From NCBI GenBank assembly GCA_028867755.1, contig JAGWFT010000002.1, forward strand, positions 160,001 to 224,000: a stretch of DNA of 64,000 nt. The letters are read 5' to 3'. The notes beneath the pieces were generated by a model. It made no database searches. It was not told where the DNA came from and saw nothing but the letters and a program-made list of their open reading frames with translations. Of the stretch, positions 1-9,365 are shown in pieces. Position 1 is the first letter of the stretch. Each line of letters begins with the position of its first letter. This stretch comes from Nitrososphaerota archaeon. Lineage in GTDB: Archaea; Thermoproteota; Nitrososphaeria; Nitrososphaerales; Nitrosopumilaceae. The position numbers and the translations under genes are program-made.

Positions 1-179
1 TGCTTTCTTCCATGTCTTGGCATGAAAGCAACTTTTCTACCTTTGTAAATTCCAACTGTTATTGAATCAGAAGTTTTTCCAAAAGGAGTTTCTACTGTAA
101 TCTCTCTACTCTCGCTTAGTAACCCTGGATCATAAATCCCAGTACCACCAAATATTCCAATTTCAGCCTGTTCGGTCAA
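1..179 (-). CDS. mtnP: S-methyl-5'-thioadenosine phosphorylase (MTAP/PNP family), 5' part only; runs off the window edge
   Basis: Manual translation from TTG at 179: LTEQAEIGIFGGTGIYDPGLLSESREITVETPFGKTSDSITVGIYKGRKVAFMPRHG. Contains the GxxGGTG, TPFG and RHG motifs. Start overlaps the apt stop codon. Confidence 0.85.
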   Translation of the reverse strand, partial: MTEQAEIGIFGGTGIYDPGLLSESREITVETPFGKTSDSITVGIYKGRKVAFMPRHGRK

Positions 180-688
180 TATTTCACCAATGTCTCGTGT
201 CGATAATTCTTGATTACTTTAGATCCTTTCAGGTCTGTTAGTTCTATAATGAATGCAAAACCAATAACCTTTCCACCCAATTTTTCAACTAATTTGGCTG
301 CAGCCTTTGCAGTTCCACCAGTTGCAAGTAAATCATCACATATGAAGATCTTCTCGCCTTTTTTGATTGCACTACTCTGAATTTCCATGGTAGCAGTACC
401 GTACTCTATATTGTATGTCAGTTTGTGCGTGGGGCCTGGTAATTTTCCTTGTTTTCTTATCATTATCATCCCTTTGTTATATTTGAGGGCCAATGCACAA
501 GCTAGTGGAAAGCCTCTTGATTCTATGCCAACAAAGACGTCTACTTCGTTAGAATGTATGCGCTTTGAGAATTCGTCTACTACAAGTGAAAGTGCGGCTG
601 GATCTCTTAAAAGAGGACTAATATCTCTAAACAAAATGCCCTTTTTTGGAAAATCAGGAATCTCCGCAATTTTGTCTTTTAGGTTCAC
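176..688 (-). CDS. apt: Adenine phosphoribosyltransferase
   Basis: IPDFPKKGILFRDISPLL, GIESRGF, IRKQGKLPG, and the PRPP-binding motif DDLLATGGT. Confidence 0.95.
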   Translation of the reverse strand: MNLKDKIAEIPDFPKKGILFRDISPLLRDPAALSLVVDEFSKRIHSNEVDVFVGIESRGFPLACALALKYNKGMIMIRKQGKLPGPTHKLTYNIEYGTATMEIQSSAIKKGEKIFICDDLLATGGTAKAAAKLVEKLGGKVIGFAFIIELTDLKGSKVIKNYRHETLVKY

Positions 689-736
689 AACTGTCTCACA
701 ATCTGTGGATGTAAAAAATATTTCTTAATTTGGAGT

Positions 737-2902
737 TTATTGAATTGTTATAGGTGTAGTCACTATTCCAACTGTGGTCTTCACTTGTACTGTATAAATT
801 CCAGGGCTAGCAGTCTTTGGAACTATCCACTCTGTGCTATAGTCTCCACGATTTGTTGACTGTATTTGTAAGGTATCAAGTGTAGAGTTGCCTGCTCCAA
901 GTATCTTGATAATTACACCCACTGACTGACCTACTCCGCTTCCTGAAATCTGAACAATGCTGTCTGCCGAATAGTTTGGAGGATTTTTATCCAATTGGAC
1001 TGTCATTAAAGACTGAGATCTTACATTGATGGGCAAACTCTTGTGATCTATACCGCTTGTAGCATCTATCTCCCAAGTTCCAGGAGAACCATCATCAGGT
1101 ATTCTAAAGTCAAATGCCGAAAAAATTCCTGATTTATCAACAAATGTCTGTTCAGATTTTGTCTCTTGACCAGTTGGGTCTGTCAAAGCAATTTGTAGGA
1201 TACAATCGGCATTGGCATTTCCAAAAAGAAGTATGTTGTCTCCTGGGAAGTACGTGTCTTTCACAGTTCTAAGCGATATCTGTCCGCATCCTGTTTGAAG
1301 TCCTACTGCAAAGGACTCTGCTACTTTATCATTGCCTCTAGTAAGTACTGCAGAATAAATGCCTGGAGTGTAAGATGTTAAATTAAATGAATATGTGGCT
1401 ATTCCATTTGTCCCAACTTCAATAGTGTCAGAAAACTTTTCTTGGTTAGAAGGATCCACTATTACAAGATTTAATGTTGAAGCAGGAGGTGCTGAAATGT
1501 TGAGAACTGGTTTATCAGAAACTTGGTAATTTAATTTGTCCAAAGTAGCTGTTAGTCGTGCTACAGGATCAGCTCCGACTCCGACATAGAGTGGAACTGA
1601 ATCTGTTCCTTGCGATGCAGTTATAATGTAAGTGCCTATGATAGCAGTACCGCTTGTTTCATATGTTAATGAAATTTTTCCATCAGATGTGACATTAACA
1701 TCTTTTGCATATACCTGAATTCCGGTCGGATCTGTTATTATAACAGCTATAGGTTGGTTAGATATGGCGGTACCATTGATTTCTATGGTTTGTCCTGGCT
1801 CGTATTTCTGCTGTGGTGTTGATATTGAAATTTGATGTATAGTTGTTACGGTATAATCCTTGGTAACTTGGTGTTTCCCATCAGAAGATATCACTGTGTA
1901 CTTGCCAAATGGTCTGTCGATAGGAATCGTTTGTAAAACTGAATAGTTTCCATTTTTGTCAGCTGTTGCTGTAAAAGTTGTTATGCTTGTTCCAGTTGAA
2001 TCAGATATGGAAATTGTTACGGTACTACCAGGATTTGAAGTTCCATTGATTGCCCCTGTATCTCCAGGATGCAATATGGGGTTAACATTCACAGTTAATG
2101 GAATTGCTTGTTGGCCAGTTATATGAGATGGTGGTGCCTGCACTATTGTTGTAGTGAACGTTTTCTGATTGTTGGCCTGATCTTTTATAACAAAATCTAC
2201 GCTTCCGGGTTGTTGATTTTGTGGAACTGTTGTGGTAACTACAAAGTTACCATTGCTATTTGATGAAAAAGAGTATAATTTTTGGTTGCCTAGATACAAA
2301 TCAAGAGGTGTCGATGATGCAAAACTTTGACCAATAATGCGAATATCGAAGCCAGGCGCTGGTGTTGAGGGTATTATTCTGAAATTTGACATTCCTAATA
2401 TTCCAGGATTTGTTGATTGTTGGTTAGTTTGCTGATTTTGCTGTTGATTGTTTTGTTGGTTCTGCTGTTGATTTTGTTGTTGGTTCTGTTGCTCTGGAGC
2501 TCCAATTTCACCTGTGCCTAGTTGATTGTTATTTGCATTGGATGCAGTCCATACAAGATCTGGTGTTTGCTGATCCGTACTGATTGTAAATGTTATAGAG
2601 TTGCCAGGATTGATTGGGATTGAAGTAGAAAAAGCTATTGTGGTAGGAGATGTTTTCTTTCCAATCCACCCATTTCCTAACGTAAACGATTTAAAATCTC
2701 CATTTTTAATCTGCAAAGTAAAAGATGTAATGTCTGAAGTGTTTGAAGCACTGTTAGTAATTTGGAGCAATGTTTTCTCACCTACATTCGTTGCAGTTAC
2801 TGTGACCAAGTCTGATGAGGCATGTGCTGCTGGTATGAGGATGGCAAGCATGCCGCTAATAATTAAAGCAAGAATGACGCTAGACTTCAATATACTCAAC
2901 AA
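737..2902 (-). CDS. Large secreted/cell-surface protein with multiple Ig-like beta-sandwich repeats (thaumarchaeal 'biofilm-associated'/S-layer-like type) and a Gln/Asn-rich linker
   Basis: N-terminal signal peptide ending AHA; Ser/Thr/Gly-rich beta-strand repeats (e.g. PGDTGAINGT, PGQTIEINGT, PGIYTVQV); QQNQ run. Confidence 0.7.
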   Translation of the reverse strand: MLSILKSSVILALIISGMLAILIPAAHASSDLVTVTATNVGEKTLLQITNSASNTSDITSFTLQIKNGDFKSFTLGNGWIGKKTSPTTIAFSTSIPINPGNSITFTISTDQQTPDLVWTASNANNNQLGTGEIGAPEQQNQQQNQQQNQQNNQQQNQQTNQQSTNPGILGMSNFRIIPSTPAPGFDIRIIGQSFASSTPLDLYLGNQKLYSFSSNSNGNFVVTTTVPQNQQPGSVDFVIKDQANNQKTFTTTIVQAPPSHITGQQAIPLTVNVNPILHPGDTGAINGTSNPGSTVTISISDSTGTSITTFTATADKNGNYSVLQTIPIDRPFGKYTVISSDGKHQVTKDYTVTTIHQISISTPQQKYEPGQTIEINGTAISNQPIAVIITDPTGIQVYAKDVNVTSDGKISLTYETSGTAIIGTYIITASQGTDSVPLYVGVGADPVARLTATLDKLNYQVSDKPVLNISAPPASTLNLVIVDPSNQEKFSDTIEVGTNGIATYSFNLTSYTPGIYSAVLTRGNDKVAESFAVGLQTGCGQISLRTVKDTYFPGDNILLFGNANADCILQIALTDPTGQETKSEQTFVDKSGIFSAFDFRIPDDGSPGTWEIDATSGIDHKSLPINVRSQSLMTVQLDKNPPNYSADSIVQISGSGVGQSVGVIIKILGAGNSTLDTLQIQSTNRGDYSTEWIVPKTASPGIYTVQVKTTVGIVTTPITIQ
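2414..2491 (-). repeat. Low-complexity Gln/Asn coding tract (QQNQQQNQQQNQQNNQQQNQQTNQQ)
   Basis: Imperfect tandem CAA/CAG/AAC repeats inside the 737..2902 CDS; boundaries approximate. Confidence 0.85.
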
Positions 2903-3012
2903 AAGAGCAACTCGCCTCTAAATTAAAGCTTAATGATAATTTATTCATTCATGGTTATCTTGATTTGAGTGTGATCTGTGAGTACGATAAAAATTCTAAA
3001 AATAGATGCCTC

Positions 3013-5091
3013 TCATGGATGGCGTGTTGTTGCCTGTGAGACTAGATTTTGATTCTGTCTTATGCGCTCAGCTATTAACCTGTACAAAGACCTAAACTGG
3101 TCCTTGGTTTTATCAGTTAAAAAGTCAGTCTCACCTATAGATATTTTTTCACATATGTATCTGCATATTTCCTCTCTATCGAATTTCTCCCACCCTAGAT
3201 GTTGATTTTCCTTCCAAATTTCATTTAGGTTATCTATTATGCTTTTTTTCCCCTTGGACAAGACCACATCTTTAGTTAGTGCCTTGTATCCCTCTTTTCT
3301 GAGCTTTACTTCGTATGTTTGATTTACAGCATACAAATAATCGTCATCCATTACCAAATCTTCCAAAAACTGCTTTGCCTGTCCACCAAGCTCAAAGAAT
3401 ATCATTTGTACCTTTTTGAATTGATTTGATTCAAGCTGAGCGGCAATCTGACCAGACTCGTCTGTGTTGTCAAGCAATACAAATGTATCATATCCATGAT
3501 TTCTGTAAAATATGGCCAAAGACATGACAGAGTTTTTGCTATAAGCAGGAACTATGTTCAATGGGTTCATGGAAAGGTTTGGGTCTTTTAGAAACTTGTC
3601 AAATGCGTTAAGATACATGCAATCTGACATTGTTTCAACAATGATTACTGGTCTTGAATTAAACCCAATCTGTCTGTCTACAATTGATTCTGTCAGTCCT
3701 CTTGAAAGACCGTATAGTATGGGGATTAATGTCTGATCGTCTGCATTCCAGTAATCATAGTAAATATGACTTAGGTGCTTTCTTTTATCGAGTTCCACAA
3801 CCAAAAGATTTCCAGGAGTATAATCAAATATCATGAACGGTGAATGTGTAGCATACAGTATCTGATTGGATCCGGCAAGACCTTTGAGCAGATCAGATAT
3901 GCCTCGCTGCTGTGCAGGATGTAAGTTTCTTGCTGGCTCATCAAGCAACAATATTGCTTCTTTTAATTCTGCTTTTTGAGTTTCTGCTGCAAAGTTTACT
4001 ATGAAAGAAAATGTCCATTTGAATCCTTCAGCTCTTCTATTCAAAAGACCTGTATTGGTAACGGTTCCATCCTTGTGAACATCAGATATTACTACACTCA
4101 AAATATTTCCTGGATTCCATCTCAACTCTACATGAATGGGATCTCCTTTCCATGCTGGATTGAGTCTATCACTAAGTTTTCTACTTGATGTGTGAAGCAG
4201 TTTTATCAGCCTTGAAGGACTATCCTGCGCATCTGCAAGTTTTTGTGCGTCAAGTTCTGCCAGATAAAATAAATTCATGACAGTTTCGGCCTTGTCAAAC
4301 TCTTCTATATACTCCAGTCCTTTTGGCCTAATTCCCTTTGTCTCTCTCAAGAACTCTTCGAGGTCAATGTTTCCAAGTATCTTCTTGTAGTCTGAAAAAT
4401 AGACAAACCTTGGATGTAATCTATCCTCGATGAAATTCTCCAAGGCAGACCTTTCAGTCGTTCCTATCAGCATGTTATCAAATATGTAATCCAAATCTTC
4501 ATAGATCTTTTTCCATTCTGATATTATGCGTGGATCCTCTGAGGCCAGTAAGTATATGTTGTTGTTGAATTCTGCCATCATATTCATGAAAACATCTCTT
4601 GTTCTTGGTGGGGGGGTGACTAGGAATTTTGTATCTACACGTATTCTTATGGGGTTTGGCATGGCATTGACAAAATCCTGTATTCTTTCTACGAAATTTT
4701 CCCAGGAATTGAGCCTCTTGCTTGCTTCGCCGCTTATCTTGATCTCTCCAAAGTCGTATTGAACGCGCGGATTCTTGTTTGTCCTGTAAATCTTAACTTT
4801 TCTTACGTCCTGTAGATTTGGAAATTTTTCTCTAATTAGTGTAATCTCCTTTTCATTGAATTCAAAATCTCCTTCGGCAAGCCTAACTTCAGACTTTAAC
4901 TCCTCTGTCATTTCATCACAGAGATCTAAATCTGAAATCTTTTGATCTTTATTTAGTAAAGTTAGAGCTTCAAGTATTGTTGTCTTGCCACTCTCATTTC
5001 TTCCCACAAATGCAGCCAAATCTCCAACCTTAATTTCACCAGAATCATGAATGCAACGATAAGCTCTAACTCTAAATTTCCTAAGTCGCAT
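3013..5091 (-). CDS. OLD-family/AAA_15-type ABC ATPase with a C-terminal TOPRIM-like region
   Basis: FRVRAYRCIHDSG, Walker A GRNESGKTT, signature-like RRAEGFKW, Walker B LLLDEP, H-loop THSPF; C-terminal IIVETMSD and LLDNTDES. Confidence 0.75.
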   Translation of the reverse strand: MRLRKFRVRAYRCIHDSGEIKVGDLAAFVGRNESGKTTILEALTLLNKDQKISDLDLCDEMTEELKSEVRLAEGDFEFNEKEITLIREKFPNLQDVRKVKIYRTNKNPRVQYDFGEIKISGEASKRLNSWENFVERIQDFVNAMPNPIRIRVDTKFLVTPPPRTRDVFMNMMAEFNNNIYLLASEDPRIISEWKKIYEDLDYIFDNMLIGTTERSALENFIEDRLHPRFVYFSDYKKILGNIDLEEFLRETKGIRPKGLEYIEEFDKAETVMNLFYLAELDAQKLADAQDSPSRLIKLLHTSSRKLSDRLNPAWKGDPIHVELRWNPGNILSVVISDVHKDGTVTNTGLLNRRAEGFKWTFSFIVNFAAETQKAELKEAILLLDEPARNLHPAQQRGISDLLKGLAGSNQILYATHSPFMIFDYTPGNLLVVELDKRKHLSHIYYDYWNADDQTLIPILYGLSRGLTESIVDRQIGFNSRPVIIVETMSDCMYLNAFDKFLKDPNLSMNPLNIVPAYSKNSVMSLAIFYRNHGYDTFVLLDNTDESGQIAAQLESNQFKKVQMIFFELGGQAKQFLEDLVMDDDYLYAVNQTYEVKLRKEGYKALTKDVVLSKGKKSIIDNLNEIWKENQHLGWEKFDREEICRYICEKISIGETDFLTDKTKDQFRSLYRLIAERIRQNQNLVSQATTRHP

Positions 5092-5199
5092 CTAGCGGCT
5101 ATTGCCAAGTCTATGATTTAACTTATTCGTCAAAATTATCATGAGGATTCATTTTTCGACCAAATAGATATAAGGGAATTCAAGTGGTTAGATTACGAA

Positions 5200-5673
5200 A
5201 TGGGTGCAAGAAAAATAGCTTATGTTGTTTTTGTACTTCCTGTAGTTATTTCAGTAATACTTGGTGGTTATGTTCTATCAAATGTTTTGGCACAACCAGA
5301 CAAACAACTAAACATGTGGCAGTTTAACTTTGTAATCCTACCTGCTCAAGAAGGTAGCAAAGATATCAAAATAGTAAATCTTTTGAATTCATATTCGATA
5401 TCTGCACCACTTAACTTTACTGTAAGAGTGAATAACACTTCTTTTGACTGTGGAGACTTGTACATGACAGTTTACAATCTAAATACAAAGCAAGCTGTGG
5501 CTCAAAATGCCTACTTTTCACAGTGTTTTGTACAAAATAATTCAACTCTGCCAATTAATGAGGTATTTTCTCCAGCTATCAATAGCACAGGAAGTTACCA
5601 GATCGTGGCAGATATGAGAGACAAATCATATCAAAATGACATAAACGTGACTGCTACATTTAACGTTCAATAA
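5200..5673 (+). CDS. Hypothetical membrane-anchored protein
   Basis: One N-terminal hydrophobic helix followed by a beta-rich soluble domain; 157-aa ORF filling the gap between genes. Confidence 0.6.
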   Translation: MGARKIAYVVFVLPVVISVILGGYVLSNVLAQPDKQLNMWQFNFVILPAQEGSKDIKIVNLLNSYSISAPLNFTVRVNNTSFDCGDLYMTVYNLNTKQAVAQNAYFSQCFVQNNSTLPINEVFSPAINSTGSYQIVADMRDKSYQNDINVTATFNVQ

Positions 5674-5740
5674 ATGAATTATATGTTATTATATTGCAAT
5701 TGACCAAGTACTTGTAAGGAAACGTTATTGGGATATAATT

Positions 5741-6403
5741 ATGGCTAAAAAAACAGAAAAAAAATCATCAAAAACTGAAGAGAAATCAAAGAAAGCAGAA
5801 GAGAAGACAAAGAAGACAGAAGAAAAGAAATCAAAGAAAGCAGAAGAGAAGACAAAGAAGACAGAAGAAAAGAAATCAAAGAAAGCAGAAGAGAAGACAA
5901 AGAAGACAGAAGAAAAGAAGATGTCAAAGGCAGACAAAAAGAAGCTCGAAGCAAAGAAAAAACAAGTAGAGCTTACCGAAGAGGAGCTAGAAGAAATTGA
6001 TGAAAAAGAGATTGAAAACTTTGAGATTGAAGGATTGGATATGGAAAAACTCAAAACAACAGTGCTTGACTATGTCGCAAAACGAGGAGATGATGGCATG
6101 TTCCAAAGCGAACTGTGGAAGAAACTCAAACTCTCAAGCAGAGATGGTTCAAGACTTGCTCTAAAACTTGAAAGACAGCATCTTATAAAAAGGGAAAAAA
6201 TTCTACAAGACGGAAGGTGGACATACAAACTTAAGATTGCTCATGTTCCTGTTAGTACTCAATCAATTGAATCCGCACCATGTCTTATCTGCCCTGTAGA
6301 ACAAAAGTGTACAGTAGAAGGCGAAGTGAGCCCAAGAACTTGTCCATTGATAGAGCAATGGGTTTTGACTGAATTTGCAAATTCTAAAACGAAAAAGAAA
6401 TGA
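5741..6403 (+). CDS. Archaeal RPC34/TFE-beta homolog (winged helix plus C-terminal Cys cluster) with a K/E-rich repetitive N-terminus
   Basis: wHTH GMFQSELWKKLKLSSRDGSRLALKLE; C-terminal PCLICP..KC....VSPRTC.LIEQW pattern matches the Fe-S-binding C-terminus of RPC34/C39 and TFE-beta. Confidence 0.7.
   Translation: MAKKTEKKSSKTEEKSKKAEEKTKKTEEKKSKKAEEKTKKTEEKKSKKAEEKTKKTEEKKMSKADKKKLEAKKKQVELTEEELEEIDEKEIENFEIEGLDMEKLKTTVLDYVAKRGDDGMFQSELWKKLKLSSRDGSRLALKLERQHLIKREKILQDGRWTYKLKIAHVPVSTQSIESAPCLICPVEQKCTVEGEVSPRTCPLIEQWVLTEFANSKTKKK
5781..5915 (+). repeat. Three perfect tandem copies of a 45-bp unit encoding a 15-aa K/E-rich repeat (KSKKAEEKTKKTEEK)
   Basis: AGAAATCAAAGAAAGCAGAAGAGAAGACAAAGAAGACAGAAGAAA at 5781-5825, 5826-5870 and 5871-5915. 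Confidence 0.95.
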
Positions 6404-6996
6404 AACTATTAGATGCAAGACGAGATTTATACCGAAGATTAGCTCATCAGGAAGGCTATAGGAGCAGAGCTGCATACAAGCTCAAAGAACTAAACACATC
6501 TTACAGAATTATTGGACCGGGATTTTATGTATTAGATCTAGGGTGTTCTCCTGGCGGATGGACTCAGGTTGCTCTTGAATTGGCAGGAAACAGAGGAAAA
6601 GTTATGGGCATTGACAAATCCTTTGTTGAAGAAATCACAAATGCTCACATAATACGAGGAGACATTGAAGATGAGTCAATTGTAGAATCCGTCTTTGAAT
6701 ATTTTGGCTCAAAGGTAAATGCTGTAATATGTGATCTTTCTCCACAGATTACAGGCACGTGGTCTATAGATCACGGCAGACAAATCTCTCTGAATTATGC
6801 CGCAAGTAAAATAATGGATCATGTTCTTGCAAAAAAAGGAAATGCATTGTTTAAGGTCTTTGACGGCGAGTATTCAAATGAATTTCGTGATTATTTGAAG
6901 AAAAAATTTGCCAAAGTACAGCTAAAGAAACCAAAAGCAAGTAGAAAAACAAGTAGTGAATTGTATCATATCTGCTTGGGATATCTTGGGCATTAG
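6400..6996 (+). CDS. rlmE: 23S rRNA (uridine-2'-O)-methyltransferase RlmE/FtsJ
   Basis: GYRSRAAYKL, LDLGCSPGGW, DLSP, FKVFDG and KPKASRKTSSELY motifs. Confidence 0.93.
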   Translation: MKLLDARRDLYRRLAHQEGYRSRAAYKLKELNTSYRIIGPGFYVLDLGCSPGGWTQVALELAGNRGKVMGIDKSFVEEITNAHIIRGDIEDESIVESVFEYFGSKVNAVICDLSPQITGTWSIDHGRQISLNYAASKIMDHVLAKKGNALFKVFDGEYSNEFRDYLKKKFAKVQLKKPKASRKTSSELYHICLGYLGH

Positions 6997-8129
6997 ATTA
7001 TAGCCAAGATTTCATCTACACGTGCGTCTGTCTTAAAGGCTGCAGGATTAAGACTTGTCGCACTTGCTCTAAAACCAGATTTTTGAAGCTTTTCTATTGT
7101 TTTTGCAAGTGAAATTGGTGCAGACTGCTTTATGTGAGCTATCTCGTCAATTGTGAAATATGTGGGAGGCATATCGATTTCAGCCTTGCATTTTTCTAGT
7201 ATTTTTTTACATGATTTGTCCACTTGAAATTGGTTTTCTTCAACAATCATGTCATTTACAAAGTCCTTGGTGTAGAGATTTCCAATCCAGAGTGGACCTG
7301 CAAGTTCTGCCTTTGAATTACAAACTTTGCATTCATGGCTAGTCTCTTTTGTAATGTGTCTATTGCCACATTTTTTACAATGTAATATGTAGCCTATTTC
7401 CTCGTCATCACCTGTTCTGACAAGTACCTTGACGTATGTCTTGTAGTAATGCATATTATTTTGTACAAATAGCGGTACTATTTTTACATCTAGTCTTCCT
7501 GCAACCATGCTTATGCATCCAAGAATTAGTCTGAGTGCAATCTCATTGCCATATTCAGTTCTAACTGGGACACCATAGTATTTTCGCTTACAAGCAACAG
7601 GAAATAATCCGTGCAATACTGTAAGATCTGTGGCTGTGGCAGACAGAAGGCCACCATGAAATGTAGCTCTAATCCCACAATCTAGGTACCTAGATGGAGA
7701 TCCAAAAGGATCTATGTCTACAATTGCTCCTCTTTGTTCTCTTTTGGAGTGCAAGCTAAGAAACCTACAAGCTTCATTTTCAGAAAAAATACAATTTGTA
7801 ACATTGTTTAATTTAGCAATGTTCTCAGCAATCTCTAAGGCCTTTGGGTTTACGTCATTGATGAAAACTTTTTCTATAATATTCAATTCGTTTGCGGCTC
7901 TGATGCTTCTTGCACCTATGCCTGAAAGCGAATCAAGCAAGATTTTTGGTCCCTTGAAATTTTTTAGGAAAGTAGCATATGCTATTATTGAAAAGTCTCT
8001 GCTCACCTTTGCTCTTGGATTGAAGAAAGCAGGCTCTCTGGGAGGGGCTTTCTCTACTAATGATTCCTTAGGTACTAGGAGCTTGGTTGTACCCTCAACT
8101 ATCTCGGCAAGATCTGATTCCAACTGCAT
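6993..8129 (-). CDS. trm1: tRNA (guanine26-N2)-dimethyltransferase
   Basis: AFFNPRAKVSRD, LDSLSGIGARSIR, DIDPFGSP, TATD, Zn-finger CKKC...CKVC, GPLWIG. Confidence 0.93.
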   Translation of the reverse strand: MQLESDLAEIVEGTTKLLVPKESLVEKAPPREPAFFNPRAKVSRDFSIIAYATFLKNFKGPKILLDSLSGIGARSIRAANELNIIEKVFINDVNPKALEIAENIAKLNNVTNCIFSENEACRFLSLHSKREQRGAIVDIDPFGSPSRYLDCGIRATFHGGLLSATATDLTVLHGLFPVACKRKYYGVPVRTEYGNEIALRLILGCISMVAGRLDVKIVPLFVQNNMHYYKTYVKVLVRTGDDEEIGYILHCKKCGNRHITKETSHECKVCNSKAELAGPLWIGNLYTKDFVNDMIVEENQFQVDKSCKKILEKCKAEIDMPPTYFTIDEIAHIKQSAPISLAKTIEKLQKSGFRASATSLNPAAFKTDARVDEILAII

Positions 8130-8205
8130 GATGTAATCTAAAATGAATTAATAAGTTAAAATGTACGCACTAACGCTCAGGCAAGCCACGGAATTTTTGT
8201 AAAAT

Positions 8206-8555
8206 TTAATGATCTAAAACAGGTAATAAGATGTGAATTTGAGTTCCCCCATTGACTCCTGATTCTGCCCAGATTTTGCCACCATGACTTTCAATTATGC
8301 CTTTACAAACAGATAAACCAAGTCCAGTTCCACCATGCTCTCTTGTGGAAGATGTAGAACCAGAGGTTCGCTTTATCTCAGCACCACTCCAACCGTCTGG
8401 TATTGCAACTTGAACTCTATAGTTGGTGTTAACATACGTTGTTCCATTTACGGGAGTACGTGTTCCTTGAAATTGGTGCTGGCCTGAGTTGCAAATATTG
8501 AACCTGCAAAAAAGATGATCGCTACAAACCCTAAAAATAAAATAGTTTTCAACAC
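8206..8555 (-). pseudogene. Chimeric remnant: frameshifted secreted-protein 5' end fused to the last ~50 codons of a histidine kinase HATPase_c domain
   Basis: Manual translation. Frame A from GTG 8555 gives the signal-peptide-like MLKTILFLGFVAIIFFAGSIFATQAS, then a stop. A shifted frame with no start codon gives ...YVNTNYRVQVAIPDGWSG...TSSTREHGGTGLGLSVCKGIIESHGGKIWAES...QIHILLP* (G2 box), stop at 8206-8208. Confidence 0.75.
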
Positions 8556-8711
8556 GTAAACTTGGTTTTCATATATTTATGGATTGGTAAACATTGTTCT
8601 TGATGAGAACTTTTTATTTTGTTGAAGAATAAAAATTACAGTTAAAGATATTTCTACATTACTGATGATTCCTACCCGAACCTTAAGTACAAAAATCGAC
8701 GAATCAAAATC

Positions 8712-9287
8712 ATGAAGACATTCATTCTTCTTTTGTTTCTAACAGGCTCACTAATGATACCAATGGGATTGTCATCAGCTGAATCAGAAGATCAGTCAAG
8801 CAAAAACAATTCTGCCTCTTCACAGTATGGCACACTTTCGTTTGTAGACTATTCTAGCGCTACAGGGGAAGGTATAGGCCAACAAACCTCTGATTTTGTG
8901 CATAAATCCAAAGAATTACTTAAAGAACAAAGGCAAGAAACACTTGCCTCGATAAAAGAAACTCATGCAAAAATTCATGATACATCTATACAAGAGAAGA
9001 AAACAATAACTGAGCAGCGCAAAAATGAAATGACAGCAATTAAAGAAAAATCCCACACAGAAACACAACAATTTCAAACACTTTTCAAAGACTTTAGAAA
9101 TAGTGTCATTGAACTAGGACATGGCAAAGGCTCTGGTTCAAATCAAGATGGAAATACTACATCGAAAATAAATAACAAAGCTTCCATAGATCAAATACTA
9201 TCAGGTATCACGCACACGTCAAACTCTTCTGCCCTGTATGAACATGTAAACCGCAGTACTTCCAATCACTCTCATGGAAAGCATTAA
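8712..9287 (+). CDS. Hypothetical secreted protein with a helical charged core
   Basis: Signal peptide MKTFILLLFLTGSLMIPMGLSSA; K/E/Q-rich helical segment. Confidence 0.6.
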   Translation: MKTFILLLFLTGSLMIPMGLSSAESEDQSSKNNSASSQYGTLSFVDYSSATGEGIGQQTSDFVHKSKELLKEQRQETLASIKETHAKIHDTSIQEKKTITEQRKNEMTAIKEKSHTETQQFQTLFKDFRNSVIELGHGKGSGSNQDGNTTSKINNKASIDQILSGITHTSNSSALYEHVNRSTSNHSHGKH

Positions 9288-9365
9288 AATTGTACATTGT
9301 AGAAAAGTGAGTACAAAAAATCAAGACCTACACAATTTAATACATCTAGCGAAAAAACAATTCAA

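Noticed and set aside
5781-5915. Regular repeats as a possible CRISPR array
   Set aside because: The units are contiguous with no spacers, in frame within a CDS, and no cas genes are nearby.
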